The notes under the pieces were generated by a model. That model was not told the origin of the DNA. It made no database searches and worked only from the letters and a program-made list of their open reading frames with translations. A program made the translations under genes and the position numbers. A DNA stretch of 64,000 bases, from IMG/VR virus record IMGVR_UViG_3300020469_003050, positions 248,001-312,000 of that record, one strand, 5' to 3'. Numbering within the stretch: the stretch's first letter is position 1; each line of letters begins with the position of its first letter. Positions 1 through 9,749 of this stretch are shown here, in pieces.

Positions 1-2
1 GT

Positions 3-116
3 GCCAGTTTGACAAATACATTGTCTCATATTGGCGGAGTGCATAGAAATGTACAGTTGCTAAAACCCCTTGCATGGTGGGGGTGGAACCATGCTGACCA
101 TCACGATTATAAGTAA
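3..116 (+). CDS. Partial (3' end) fatty-acid desaturase-like membrane protein
   Basis: Own translation, frame 3: ASLTNTLSHIGGVHRNVQLLKPLAWWGWNHADHHDYK*; N-x-L-x-H and HxxHH resemble the last His box of acyl-lipid desaturases; truncated by window edge. Confidence 0.5.
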   Translation, partial: ASLTNTLSHIGGVHRNVQLLKPLAWWGWNHADHHDYK

Positions 117-139
117 GTATTTTTTATGAGGGAGAAAAT

Positions 140-424
140 ATGTTATTTGAAACTATCAAAGCCGTTCAGTTAGCTTTGTGCGTTATTATGGGAATAGATG
201 ATTGTCCAAACACTAAAATTGTGGAAATGGAAAATGAATGGACACCTGCGTACTATTACTATACTAGTGGAGAAGGTCATATTCATTATGATGATAATCA
301 AATAATTCACGTAGGTATTATTATACACGAATTAGCACATCATTTAGAAAAGACACAAGACAAAGATTTCAAAACAGTCTGTATTAAATATGGTGGTACC
401 AACTGTCATATACATGACAAATAA
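140..424 (+). CDS. Small HExxH zinc-metallopeptidase-like protein
   Basis: IIHELAHH motif; GAGGGAG SD upstream. Confidence 0.5.
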   Translation: MLFETIKAVQLALCVIMGIDDCPNTKIVEMENEWTPAYYYYTSGEGHIHYDDNQIIHVGIIIHELAHHLEKTQDKDFKTVCIKYGGTNCHIHDK

Positions 425-431
425 TTAGCTA

Positions 432-460
432 TTGACTATTAGTCTAAAATAATATATAAT
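432..460 (+). promoter_or_regulatory. Sigma70-type early promoter
   Basis: TTGACT-17-TATAAT. Confidence 0.75.
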
Positions 461-485
461 TACACAACATATTGGAGAAAAGCCT

Positions 486-818
486 ATGGCTAAAAATGGT
501 GAACTAATTAATACGCCTGAACTAATGCGACATGCCAATGTCAAAAGTCGTTTAGATAGGCTTAGAGCATTGCAAGGCAAAGCAAAAGATTTAAGACAAT
601 TTCATAGTGACTTTGAAAACTATGAGTTTTTAAAATGGACTTGCTTATCCCATGATGATATTAATTACGAAAAGTTATTGGTATCAGGTGCTGGATATGT
701 AGTTCAATTAGTAGATTGGTGTAATAGTCATTGTGAAGATTATTATGTTGCTTATCAAGGGAAACTGTATTTTAAAAGTGAAACTGATGCCGCATACTTT
801 ACAATGGTCTGGAAATAG
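486..818 (+). CDS. Hypothetical phage protein
   Basis: ORF with GGAG SD downstream of the promoter. Confidence 0.7.
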   Translation: MAKNGELINTPELMRHANVKSRLDRLRALQGKAKDLRQFHSDFENYEFLKWTCLSHDDINYEKLLVSGAGYVVQLVDWCNSHCEDYYVAYQGKLYFKSETDAAYFTMVWK

Positions 819-1423
819 TGTATACTAAAATTATGAATAAAGTAGAAACAGATATTGATATTGATGTAATTGACCGTGACACAGTCCTTACACATTTTCG
901 ACACATAACAGCCAGTATCAAAAAAGGCGATAACTGGACAAAGCATAATAGTGGTGTATATCTACAGCCTATTCCATATGATCCAATATCTGGTTTATCT
1001 GCTATCGAATATAAAGAAGCAGAAGAACGTGGATACTTTAAACTAGATTTTCTTAATAACAGTTTATATGAAGGTGTCCGTGATGAAAAACACCTTGATG
1101 CATTGATTGATAAAGAACCTTTATGGGATTTATTACAACACGAAGATATTGTAAAAAATCTTGCACACGTACATAATCATATAGATGTTTTGAAAGTAAT
1201 GAAACCCCAAAGTGTAATGGAACTGGCAGAAGTTCTAGCGGTCATTAGACCTGCAAAAAGGCACTTGCTTAATGAAAGTAAGTCTAAGATTTCTGAATTA
1301 GTTTGGCAAAAGCCAGAAGATGGTACTTACTATTTTAAAAAAGCACATGCTATTGCATATGCAGTAAGTATTGTGGTTCAGCTTAATCTATTTTGCGAAC
1401 AAGTTGAACAGAACGCCTCTTAA
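818..1423 (+). CDS. Miniature DNA polymerase III alpha (DnaE)-like protein, catalytic-core motifs only; start may be ATG 833
   Basis: DIDID, KHNSGV, KLDFL, IRP and YFKKAHAIAYA match DnaE PDIDxD / HAAG / KxDxLG / RPG / YxFNKSHA in order. Confidence 0.75.
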   Translation: MYTKIMNKVETDIDIDVIDRDTVLTHFRHITASIKKGDNWTKHNSGVYLQPIPYDPISGLSAIEYKEAEERGYFKLDFLNNSLYEGVRDEKHLDALIDKEPLWDLLQHEDIVKNLAHVHNHIDVLKVMKPQSVMELAEVLAVIRPAKRHLLNESKSKISELVWQKPEDGTYYFKKAHAIAYAVSIVVQLNLFCEQVEQNAS

Positions 1424-1772
1424 TACGTTTCTGTATAATATTTGATAGACTAGTCTCTGGTCCCCATGTTACCTCAACATCTTTTGAATTCATATTCAAT
1501 ATCCAATTCTTATACTTGCCAATCTGTGAGCCTAAAAATAAATTAATCGGCATAAGCCTATTAGACTCCCACCACCATTGTTCTCCTAATTCTACGAACT
1601 TCTTTCTTAATTCAGGTGTTGGTATTGCCTCAAAGTTGTACATCGAAGTGATTACTTGGTCTGAATTTATAATTATACCTAGATGCTCAGTAAATTCTTT
1701 TTTATTTCCGTATCTAACATATGAGAAGAACGGATAATTCTCTTGCATCCATTGTTGTTTTTCTTTGTCCAT
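1383..1772 (-). CDS. Conserved phage hypothetical protein
   Basis: ORF containing WWWESNR; minus-strand CTAAATA box ends 6 nt before the ATG. Confidence 0.75.
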   Translation of the reverse strand: MDKEKQQWMQENYPFFSYVRYGNKKEFTEHLGIIINSDQVITSMYNFEAIPTPELRKKFVELGEQWWWESNRLMPINLFLGSQIGKYKNWILNMNSKDVEVTWGPETSLSNIIQKRIKRRSVQLVRKID

Positions 1773-1809
1773 CGTTATATTTAGCTAACCTAGAAAATGG
1801 TCTCTGGGA

Positions 1810-1817
1810 GATAAATA
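1810..1817 (+). promoter_or_regulatory. T4-like late promoter (GATAAATA), leaderless ATG at 1823
   Basis: Motif recurs upstream of many structural genes; similar to T4 TATAAATA. Confidence 0.7.
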
Positions 1818-1822
1818 CATAT

Positions 1823-2620
1823 ATGAATTTAAACATGTATCAATATGAAAAAACTATTGAGATTACTTGTGCAGATGGTGACAACACAAGTAACATGACA
1901 ACTTACCTGAGGAATATGCCAATGTATGACGGACAACACAAACTTCATAAGGGTATTGATAATACTCTTAGATTTAATTTACGAGATACCGATAGAAAAC
2001 CTATCGACTTGACTAACAAAACTATTATATGGAAAATGTACGATAGAGAAACGAGAGAGAACGTACTATTCAAATACCTTACCGTCACCAACGCAACCAA
2101 AGGTATGGCACAATTAACTATATTTACAACAGATACGATAATGCTACCTCAGGGCTTTTATCAATTTGCTATGTATACTGTAGAAAATGGTGTAGAACAA
2201 ATCATATACACTGACACATACGATAATGCTAAAGGCGTAATCGAAGTCATAGACGATGTATATCCAGAGTTTGTAGATTCACAGGAAAGTTCAACATTTT
2301 TTAACGATGGCTCTTACTTTATGTCAACTGCTTTCGATGGATCTTCATCAACATCTAAGTCAAAATCAATTCATACTGTAGCTTTATACTTTGACAATTT
2401 CTCTGGAACTGTTAATTTACAAGGCGATTTAAGTGAACAACCAAGTTCACAACACTCAGATTGGTTCAATATCAATCCAAAACTATTCTCAAATCCAGAT
2501 ATCACAGTTAATAATGAGACTGGTGTACAAGCATTTGTGCTTGAAGCAAACGTAAATTGGATAAGAGTTAGATACACTGCGACTAACGGTTCTATTAAAA
2601 AAGTTCTACTAAGAAACTAA
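1823..2620 (+). CDS. Putative virion structural protein (BppU-like beta-rich N-terminus)
   Basis: LRFNLRDTDRKPIDLT pattern; late promoter; start reassigned to 1823. Confidence 0.55.
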   Translation: MNLNMYQYEKTIEITCADGDNTSNMTTYLRNMPMYDGQHKLHKGIDNTLRFNLRDTDRKPIDLTNKTIIWKMYDRETRENVLFKYLTVTNATKGMAQLTIFTTDTIMLPQGFYQFAMYTVENGVEQIIYTDTYDNAKGVIEVIDDVYPEFVDSQESSTFFNDGSYFMSTAFDGSSSTSKSKSIHTVALYFDNFSGTVNLQGDLSEQPSSQHSDWFNINPKLFSNPDITVNNETGVQAFVLEANVNWIRVRYTATNGSIKKVLLRN

Positions 2621-2628
2621 TATAGCAC

Positions 2629-2657
2629 TTGACTTTCTGGTCCTAGTTTGCTATTAT
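2629..2657 (+). promoter_or_regulatory. Sigma70 promoter with extended -10; predicted +1 is the primase ATG
   Basis: TTGACT-17-(TG)TATTAT; ATG 7 nt after the -10. Confidence 0.75.
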
Positions 2658-2663
2658 ACTAGT

Positions 2664-3665
2664 ATGGACCTTCAACAAGTAATATTCACACATATCCCTG
2701 GAAAGAACAGACAATCTAGTGGTGGCTGGACTAGTTTCAACTGCCCATGTTGTATCGAGGAAGGCGAGCCTCGTTTGGATACTAGAATGCGTGGGGGTGT
2801 TCGTAGCGACGGTGATTCCATATCATACCACTGTTTTAACTGTGGGTTCACTGCAAGCCATCGTCACGGAAGAATACTTAACAAGAAATTTTTAAAACTC
2901 ATGCGAAATATGAATATTTCTGAAAGCGAGATTAAGCGTTTACAGTTAGAAGCAATCCGTCAGAAAGAGTTGTCTGAAGGTCCATACCTATTTACATCTA
3001 AAACACAAGTGACACGTGTTCCAAGTTTTCCTGATGTCGAACTACCTGAAGGTTCGGAAGATTTGGAAGTTTTACTAGCAAAAGATAGTCCTCCAGAAGG
3101 AGCCATCTATGCAGTTAAATATTTGATTGATAGAGGAGTATATGATAATATAGAGGATTGTTATTGGTCTCCAGATAAGTTTTTTAAAAATAGAATTATA
3201 TTTCCATTTTATCAAGGAGATAGAATAGTAGGATATACTGCTAGAGATATAACTGGAAAGTCCTCGTCTAAATACATGACGAAAGCACCGAGAAAATTTT
3301 TACATAACGTAGACAAGGTAAAATCTAATAATAAATACTTAATCGTATGTGAAGGTATAATCGATGCTCTTGCATTGGATTGTATTGCGATTACAAGTAA
3401 CGAGGCTTCACAAGACCAAATTGATTATATAAATCAGTTTAAAGGAGAGGTTATTGTTTGTCCCGACAGAGACAAAGCTGGAGAGAAGTTAATCAAACAA
3501 GCCCAAGAAAATGGTTGGAGTGTATCTTTCCCTATGTGGGAGGACGACATTAAAGATGCCGCAGATGCAATTCAACGATATGGTAAACTATATACCTTAC
3601 AAAGTATTATAGATGCACGTATAAGTAACAACACTAAAATAAGTGTGAAAATGAGAATAGGATAA
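2664..3665 (+). CDS. DNA primase (T4 gp61/DnaG-like, Zn ribbon + TOPRIM)
   Basis: CPCC..CFNCG zinc ribbon, RIIFPF, GYTAR, CEGIIDAL, PDRDKAG, KDAAD. Confidence 0.92.
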   Translation: MDLQQVIFTHIPGKNRQSSGGWTSFNCPCCIEEGEPRLDTRMRGGVRSDGDSISYHCFNCGFTASHRHGRILNKKFLKLMRNMNISESEIKRLQLEAIRQKELSEGPYLFTSKTQVTRVPSFPDVELPEGSEDLEVLLAKDSPPEGAIYAVKYLIDRGVYDNIEDCYWSPDKFFKNRIIFPFYQGDRIVGYTARDITGKSSSKYMTKAPRKFLHNVDKVKSNNKYLIVCEGIIDALALDCIAITSNEASQDQIDYINQFKGEVIVCPDRDKAGEKLIKQAQENGWSVSFPMWEDDIKDAADAIQRYGKLYTLQSIIDARISNNTKISVKMRIG

Positions 3666-3668
3666 ACT

Positions 3669-4310
3669 ATGAAAAAAGTAAAGAGTACAATTATACCACA
3701 ACCCAAAGAACAACCGGCACCACCCCCACCCCCTCCGATGCCAACTCCGCCAGTACCACCAAAGCAGGCAGGTGAGTTCTTAAGAGAGAATGGTGTATTG
3801 TTCATGGACAAAGAGTTCAACCAAGACAACTGTATGCCTCTTGTAAGAATGATTTTAGAATACAATCTGATGCCAAAAGATAAAGCACCAGATATTATTC
3901 ACTTATATATTAATTCACCAGGTGGTTTGGTAGACAGTTGTATGCATCTAATTGATACAATCAAACAATCACGTATTCCAGTATATACATATGGAATGGG
4001 TTCTATTGCAAGTTGTGGAGTTATGTTGATGATGAGTGGTGTAAAAGGTCATCGTTATGTCACACAAAATACCGCAGTAATGTCACATGAATTCTCAGGT
4101 GGTCAAAAAGGTCAATATCATGATATGTTAGATAGTAAAAAACATATGGATTGGACTAACGAAAAGTTATTAGAACATTATATCAAGTGTACAGGTAAAA
4201 CAAAAACTTACATTCGTAAACATCTATTAGCACCCAAGACAGACCATTGGCTTACTCCAGAAGAAGCAGTTAAGCATGGTATCGCAGACGAATTAATTAC
4301 AACTTATTAA
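3669..4310 (+). CDS. clpP: ATP-dependent Clp protease proteolytic subunit with Pro-rich N-terminal extension
   Basis: IHLYINSPGG, IASCG (catalytic Ser), MSHE, WLTPEEAVKHGIADE. Confidence 0.9.
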   Translation: MKKVKSTIIPQPKEQPAPPPPPPMPTPPVPPKQAGEFLRENGVLFMDKEFNQDNCMPLVRMILEYNLMPKDKAPDIIHLYINSPGGLVDSCMHLIDTIKQSRIPVYTYGMGSIASCGVMLMMSGVKGHRYVTQNTAVMSHEFSGGQKGQYHDMLDSKKHMDWTNEKLLEHYIKCTGKTKTYIRKHLLAPKTDHWLTPEEAVKHGIADELITTY

Positions 4311-4320
4311 CAGTTTTCTA

Positions 4321-4349
4321 TTGACTCTTTCAACTAAATCTGTTATTCT
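4321..4349 (+). promoter_or_regulatory. Sigma70 promoter
   Basis: TTGACT-17-(TG)TATTCT. Confidence 0.6.
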
Positions 4350-4382
4350 AACAGTAATAATTTTGTAACAAAGGTGGGTTCT

Positions 4383-5327
4383 ATGAAGATTATCGCAGGC
4401 AACAGTAATGTTGAACTGGCTGAGAAGGTAGCTGAACATTGTTTTACAGATATTGTTCCAGCAGAAATAAAAACATTTGCAGATGGTGAATGCTCAGTAG
4501 AGTTTCATGAAAATATCAGAGGTGAAGACGTTTTCATTATTCAAAGCACAAGCACTCCTGTAAATGATAACTTAATGGAATTATTGATTATGATTGATGC
4601 GGCAAAACGTAGTAGTGCTAGTCGTATCACTGCGGTAATTCCTTATTTTGGTTATGCAAGACAAGATAGAAAGAGTGCATCACGTACTCCTATAACTGCA
4701 AAGTTAGTTGCGAATCTGCTTACAAAAGCAGGTGCTGATAGAATTTTAACAATGGACTTACATGCTGGTCAAATTCAAGGATTCTTTGATATTCCTGTTG
4801 ATGATTTAACGAGTAGGTTAGTCTTTGCAAAAGATATTCAAAGAACTATTAAAGTAACAGAAGAACCAATTGTATTTGTTTCACCAGATGCTGGTGGTAC
4901 AGTAAGAGCAAGAAAGTTTGCTGATATGTATCATGCCAATTATGCAATCGTTGACAAACGAAGACCAGAAGCAGGCAAGGCAGAAGTTATGAATTTGATT
5001 GGTGAAGTAAAAGGCAAACATGCAATTCTTGTAGATGATATTGTTGATAGTGGTGGTACTCTTTGTAATGCGGCTGAGGCAATTTTAAATGCAGGTGCAT
5101 TAAGTGTTAGAGCATATATCACTCATGGAGTGCTAAGTAACAAAGCATGTGAAAGAGTTGAAAAAAGTAAATTAGATGAACTTGTTATTACTGATAGTAT
5201 CAATCATAAACTTTCGTGGAAAAAGACACGTTCAGTAAGTGTTTGTGGATTATTAGGAGAAGCAATCAGACGAGTTAATAATGAAGAAAGTGTAAGTAGT
5301 TTATTTAAGGTTAAGATACATTCATGA
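4383..5327 (+). CDS. prs: Ribose-phosphate pyrophosphokinase
   Basis: [45 protein letters not shown]. Confidence 0.97.
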   Translation: MKIIAGNSNVELAEKVAEHCFTDIVPAEIKTFADGECSVEFHENIRGEDVFIIQSTSTPVNDNLMELLIMIDAAKRSSASRITAVIPYFGYARQDRKSASRTPITAKLVANLLTKAGADRILTMDLHAGQIQGFFDIPVDDLTSRLVFAKDIQRTIKVTEEPIVFVSPDAGGTVRARKFADMYHANYAIVDKRRPEAGKAEVMNLIGEVKGKHAILVDDIVDSGGTLCNAAEAILNAGALSVRAYITHGVLSNKACERVEKSKLDELVITDSINHKLSWKKTRSVSVCGLLGEAIRRVNNEESVSSLFKVKIHS

Positions 5328-5752
5328 AAATTAAATTAGATATTACTAAGATTAATAGTAGGTTGCATTGGACAACACTTTATAGTGAAAAATTATTATT
5401 AGCAGTAATTGGATTACTAACTATGTTTGCGGCTGGTTCAGATATTTTTCACATGTTAAAGAACATGCAAGTAGAACTAGGCGACTTGTTTTTACTTTTT
5501 ATCTATGCAGAGATTGTAGGAATGGTAGGAGCATTCTATATTAGTAATAGAATACCTGTTACTCTACCTATTATCATTGCTATGACGGCACTTTGTAGAT
5601 TAATTGTTCTACATAGTAAAGAAGCAGATCCTTGGATGCTTGTTGCAGAAGCAGGTGCTATTGCAGTATTGGCAGGCGCGGCATACTTAATGAGTGCAAA
5701 AGAAAAATTAAGTTTAGAGAAAAAAGAAATAAGAGAAAACAAAAATGTATAA
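5324..5752 (+). CDS. psiE: Phosphate-starvation-inducible PsiE family membrane protein
   Basis: [34 protein letters not shown], 4 TM. Confidence 0.8.
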   Translation: MKIKLDITKINSRLHWTTLYSEKLLLAVIGLLTMFAAGSDIFHMLKNMQVELGDLFLLFIYAEIVGMVGAFYISNRIPVTLPIIIAMTALCRLIVLHSKEADPWMLVAEAGAIAVLAGAAYLMSAKEKLSLEKKEIRENKNV

Positions 5753-6260
5753 AGTTACCGCATATTTTAAAAATCGTACATATACAGAAACTTTTAAAAA
5801 CTTATATGATGCGATAGAAGCCAAGGATAATGCAGATGCATATTATCCAATAAGAGTAACATTAGAAGGAGTATTTTCTATGAAAGAATGGGTATATGAT
5901 TGTTGGAATAGTGTAATGGATGATAAAAGAAATCCTCTAAGTAACATTCCAGATTTTAGTACACGACATATGATTATGCAAATATTAGCATGGATGTGGT
6001 GTATAACTTTTTCGTTTATTGTAGGCAGTTTATGGATAGGTATAATTAGCATGATGGCACATGTAGTATTACTAGGAGCCATTGCCGTAACAGTAGCGAC
6101 ATTTGAAACTGCAAAACGTAACCCTATAAAATTAATGAATTTTGCTAATGGGTATACGTCATATGGACGTGGCAGAAACTATACTATCTACAGAGATAAA
6201 GATGGTAACGCACATAAAGTAGAGTTACCAGAAGGAGACCCGGGCGGCGAACACGAATAA
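5745..6260 (+). CDS. Hypothetical membrane protein; possible internal start at 5880
   Basis: 2 TM segments; internal AGGAG SD before the ATG of MKEWVYD. Confidence 0.6.
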   Translation: MYKVTAYFKNRTYTETFKNLYDAIEAKDNADAYYPIRVTLEGVFSMKEWVYDCWNSVMDDKRNPLSNIPDFSTRHMIMQILAWMWCITFSFIVGSLWIGIISMMAHVVLLGAIAVTVATFETAKRNPIKLMNFANGYTSYGRGRNYTIYRDKDGNAHKVELPEGDPGGEHE

Positions 6261-6265
6261 AGAAG

Positions 6266-6294
6266 TTGACATTCAACGTTGGATTGAGTAGAAT
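6266..6294 (+). promoter_or_regulatory. Sigma70 promoter; predicted +1 is the helicase ATG
   Basis: TTGACA-17-TAGAAT; ATG 7 nt after the -10. Confidence 0.8.
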
Positions 6295-6300
6295 AGAAGT

Positions 6301-7704
6301 ATGGCAGAAGAAGTAAAAGATTATAGTTTAGATTTGCAGAAATTGTTTGTTCAGTTTATGATAACTGATCCTGAACTTTATTCAAGAGTCAGAGCGATAG
6401 TCGAACCTAAGTATTTTGATAGAAATATCAGAAAAGTAGTCGAAGTATTAGTTAATCATAGTGAAGAATATGCTACGATTCCAACTACTGAAATTATCAA
6501 AGCACAAACAGGACAAGAGATAGAAAAATTAGATAACATCAATCAACACGTAGATTGGTTTATCGATGAGTTTGAAACTTTTTGTAGACACAAAGCAATC
6601 GAAAAAGCAATCATTGATAGTGCAGACTTGCTTGAAACAGGTAAGTATGGAGAAGTAGAACTTAGAATTAAAGAAGCAGTACAAACTGGACTTGCACGTT
6701 CATTAGGTACAGATTACTTTGCAGATCCTAGAGCAAGACTTGAAAAACTAAAAGACAATAACGGACAAATCACAACTGGTTGGAAATCATTAGATGATAA
6801 ACTTTATGGTGGTATCAATCGTGGTGAGATTTCTATTTTCTGTGGTGGATCAGGTGCAGGTAAATCTTTGTTCATGCAAAATATGAGTTTGAATTGGGCA
6901 GAAGCAGGAATGAATTGTGTATACTTTACACTTGAACTTTCAGAAGAACTATCAAGTATGCGTATGGATGCAATGCTTACTGATAGAAGTACAAAAAGAA
7001 TTTTTAAAGAATTAGATGATGTAGAATTACAAGTTAAAACTAAAGGTAAGAAGTCTGGCATGTTACGTGTTAAGTATCTTCCTTCTGGTTCTTCAATTAA
7101 TGACTTGCGTTCTTACATTAAAGAACTACAGATACAAACTGGCAAACGTGTAGATTGTATGTGTGTAGATTACTTAGATTTGTTAATGCCAGCAACAAAG
7201 AAAGTGTCAGCAAGTGATTTGTTTATTAAAGACAAATATGTAACAGAAGAAATTCGTAACTTTGCAATGGAAACTGAAACTGTTTTGGTAACTGCATCAC
7301 AGTTAAATAGAAGTGCAGTTGAAGAAATCGAATTTGACCATTCACATATCGCAGGTGGTATCTCTAAAATTCAAACTGCGGATAATGTTATTGGTATCTT
7401 TACAAGTCAAGCAATGAGAGAACGTGGTCAATATCAATTACAGTTATTGAAAACACGTTCAAGTAGTGGTGTAGGTAGCAAAATTAATCTAGTATTTGAC
7501 AGAGATAGTCTTAAGATTTCAGATGATACAGAAGGGTTAGCTGATGCTCAAAATACATCAAATACGATGAATGTAGTCGATACATTACGTCAAAAAACCG
7601 TAGTAAAAGCACCAGAAACTAACGAAGAAGAAAAGACTGATGTTGCAATGAACCTGAGAGCAATGTTAAAGACCAAGACACGCACTCCTTTTGATGAAAA
7701 CTGA
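6301..7704 (+). CDS. Replicative helicase (T4 gp41/DnaB family)
   Basis: ITTGW, GGSGAGKS Walker A, LELSE, VDYLDL, TASQLNR, LKTR. Confidence 0.95.
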   Translation: MAEEVKDYSLDLQKLFVQFMITDPELYSRVRAIVEPKYFDRNIRKVVEVLVNHSEEYATIPTTEIIKAQTGQEIEKLDNINQHVDWFIDEFETFCRHKAIEKAIIDSADLLETGKYGEVELRIKEAVQTGLARSLGTDYFADPRARLEKLKDNNGQITTGWKSLDDKLYGGINRGEISIFCGGSGAGKSLFMQNMSLNWAEAGMNCVYFTLELSEELSSMRMDAMLTDRSTKRIFKELDDVELQVKTKGKKSGMLRVKYLPSGSSINDLRSYIKELQIQTGKRVDCMCVDYLDLLMPATKKVSASDLFIKDKYVTEEIRNFAMETETVLVTASQLNRSAVEEIEFDHSHIAGGISKIQTADNVIGIFTSQAMRERGQYQLQLLKTRSSSGVGSKINLVFDRDSLKISDDTEGLADAQNTSNTMNVVDTLRQKTVVKAPETNEEEKTDVAMNLRAMLKTKTRTPFDEN

Positions 7705-7710
7705 TAAATA
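7703..7710 (+). promoter_or_regulatory. Late promoter GATAAATA
   Basis: Recurrent motif at the start of the late block. Confidence 0.65.
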
Positions 7711-7731
7711 CAGTTAGAACGGAGAAATATC

Positions 7732-7980
7732 ATGGATAAACCTCGTAAAAGTCTATTTGAAGAACTAAATTCTATCTCATATGATAGAGATAATAAACGT
7801 TTAGTAGAGCAAAAAGGCGAACATATCATAACGGGAGCGATAAATCTTATAGAATTTATCAATCGTGAGTTTGATGATGAGACTGCAAATGACTTAACTA
7901 AGAGATTAGTTAATAGTATTAGGTCTCAAGATCCGAGAAAGTTTAAACGTGGTATAAAAAGTGTCAAGGCTAAAACATAA
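7732..7980 (+). CDS. Conserved phage hypothetical protein
   Basis: ORF with GGAG SD. Confidence 0.75.
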   Translation: MDKPRKSLFEELNSISYDRDNKRLVEQKGEHIITGAINLIEFINREFDDETANDLTKRLVNSIRSQDPRKFKRGIKSVKAKT

Positions 7981-8201
7981 TGACTTTAGAGCAACAGTTA
8001 AATAGATTAAAAGTACTATCAGGTATATATAAACCATATCTACCAGAAGAAACTCAACAAGAGAACATATCTTATACTGGTACAGAGAAATCTAAACTCC
8101 AAAAGAAGCATAATATACAGCCAGGCACAGATGAATGGTTTAAGTTATGGTTTGCTAAGCCTCATTTAACTGGCGAGAGACCTTTTGGGGATAAACAATG
8201 A
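7980..8201 (+). CDS. Conserved phage hypothetical protein
   Basis: Translationally coupled; IQPGTDEWFKLWF. Confidence 0.75.
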   Translation: MTLEQQLNRLKVLSGIYKPYLPEETQQENISYTGTEKSKLQKKHNIQPGTDEWFKLWFAKPHLTGERPFGDKQ

Positions 8202-9547
8202 AAGTAAGAGATATATTAGGCAAAGGCAGAGAGCGTAGATTTAGAGGACCACGTAAACCTCGTTTTAAACAAGTAGGTTTTCATAAAAAATTAAAAGGTC
8301 TATTAGATGCTGAATTAAAAGAAGAAGATAAGAATACACACCTAGACCATGCAGAAGAATTAGTATTCATAAATGGATCAGAAGGTATAAAACGTGTTGT
8401 AGATACGTTCACTAAATTATTAAATACACTTGATGGACAAGGTGGCGGTGATGCAATCACTACTAAGTGGGACGGATCACCAGCAGTATTTTGTGGAACA
8501 GATCCAGCAGACGGACAATTCTTTGTAGGCACAAAAGGCGTGTTTGCTAAAACACCAAAACTTAATAAATCTTCACAAGATATTGAACAAAATCACGGTG
8601 ATACTGTAAAGAACGGCGAACCAGTGAGCAAAGAAGGTCTACGTAATAAACTTAATGCTTCATTAGAACATTTGAAAGACTTAGGTATTGATGGTGTCTT
8701 ACAAGGTGACTTATTGTTTACTAAGGGTGATTTAAAACAAACAAACATAGAGGGCAAAGCCCATATAGCATTCAAACCAAATACAATTACGTATGTTGTA
8801 CCAACAGACAGTCAGATAGCGAAAGAAATGATGGCGGCTGAGATTGGTATTGTGTTTCATACAAGTTATTCAGGAGATAGTTTAGCAGATATGAAAGCAT
8901 CATTTGGTTATGATGCAAGTAATCTTAAATCTACTCCAAATGTTTGGTTTACAGATGCACGTATTAAAGATGTATCAGGACAAGTAAACTTAAAGAAAGA
9001 AAATGTTGCAAGAATAAGACTAGCAATTAAAGAATTAGCAACACTGAAAGTTGATGCAAAGACTTTTAAAGCAATCAATCAAAAGATTGGTCAGATAGAA
9101 TTAGTTGATGCTATTAAGGCACATGCAAATAAACCAATACGTACAGGACAAGCATTAGAACAAGATGCAGATGTCTTTGTTAAAGGATTTTTAGAAGGTT
9201 TACAAGCAAAATTAGATAAAGAAATTAGCAATTTAGCTACAGGACCTGAAGGAAAAGCAGGTCAGGCTAGATTACAAGCAAAAGATGATATAGCAAATAT
9301 CATAAATACATATGAGAAACAGATTGCAGATATGTATCGTGCTTATCTAAAAGTTGAAGCAGTTAAAATGATGTTTCAACAAAAGATGAAGAACATAAAA
9401 GCAATAGACAGTTTCATTGAACAACCAGATGGTTCATTTAAAGTAACAGACCCAGAAGGATTTGTTATTGTTGACCATGTAGGTAAAGCAATGAAGATTG
9501 TTGACAGATTAGAATTTAGTGCGGCAAACTTTGCACCAAGGGATTAG
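8198..9547 (+). CDS. RNA/DNA-ligase-like nucleotidyltransferase (DUF6267-like)
   Basis: TKWDG (motif I KxDG), LQGD, PEGFV (motif IV), terminal KIVDRLEFS. Confidence 0.65.
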   Translation: MKVRDILGKGRERRFRGPRKPRFKQVGFHKKLKGLLDAELKEEDKNTHLDHAEELVFINGSEGIKRVVDTFTKLLNTLDGQGGGDAITTKWDGSPAVFCGTDPADGQFFVGTKGVFAKTPKLNKSSQDIEQNHGDTVKNGEPVSKEGLRNKLNASLEHLKDLGIDGVLQGDLLFTKGDLKQTNIEGKAHIAFKPNTITYVVPTDSQIAKEMMAAEIGIVFHTSYSGDSLADMKASFGYDASNLKSTPNVWFTDARIKDVSGQVNLKKENVARIRLAIKELATLKVDAKTFKAINQKIGQIELVDAIKAHANKPIRTGQALEQDADVFVKGFLEGLQAKLDKEISNLATGPEGKAGQARLQAKDDIANIINTYEKQIADMYRAYLKVEAVKMMFQQKMKNIKAIDSFIEQPDGSFKVTDPEGFVIVDHVGKAMKIVDRLEFSAANFAPRD

Positions 9548-9551
9548 TTAG

Positions 9552-9749
9552 ATGTTAAGTAAGAAATGCAAATTGCACCTAGAGGAAGTAGGCGAAACAC
9601 GTTGGCAACATTTTAAACATGCAATGTGGGTTTCGTGGCAACTAGAAAAGGCCGCATATGCGTGTATGATACATGCGTTTGCACCAAGATGGTTTACATC
9701 CTATGCAAGTGATAGATGCAATCAAGTATTGCAATCGAGGACAAAATGA
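9552..9749 (+). CDS. DUF6356-like small protein
   Basis: HLEEVGETRWQHF...IHAFAPRWF; paralog at 57468. Confidence 0.6.
   Translation: MLSKKCKLHLEEVGETRWQHFKHAMWVSWQLEKAAYACMIHAFAPRWFTSYASDRCNQVLQSRTK

Noticed and set aside
1721-1822. Upstream starts in the ORF track (1721, 22131, 40096, 40920, 28182, 30183)
   Set aside because: They overlap promoters or neighbouring genes; downstream ATGs fit promoter, SD or homology better
3712-3760. C-rich repeat in clpP as a phase-variation or G-quadruplex element
   Set aside because: Explained by poly-proline coding; frame intact
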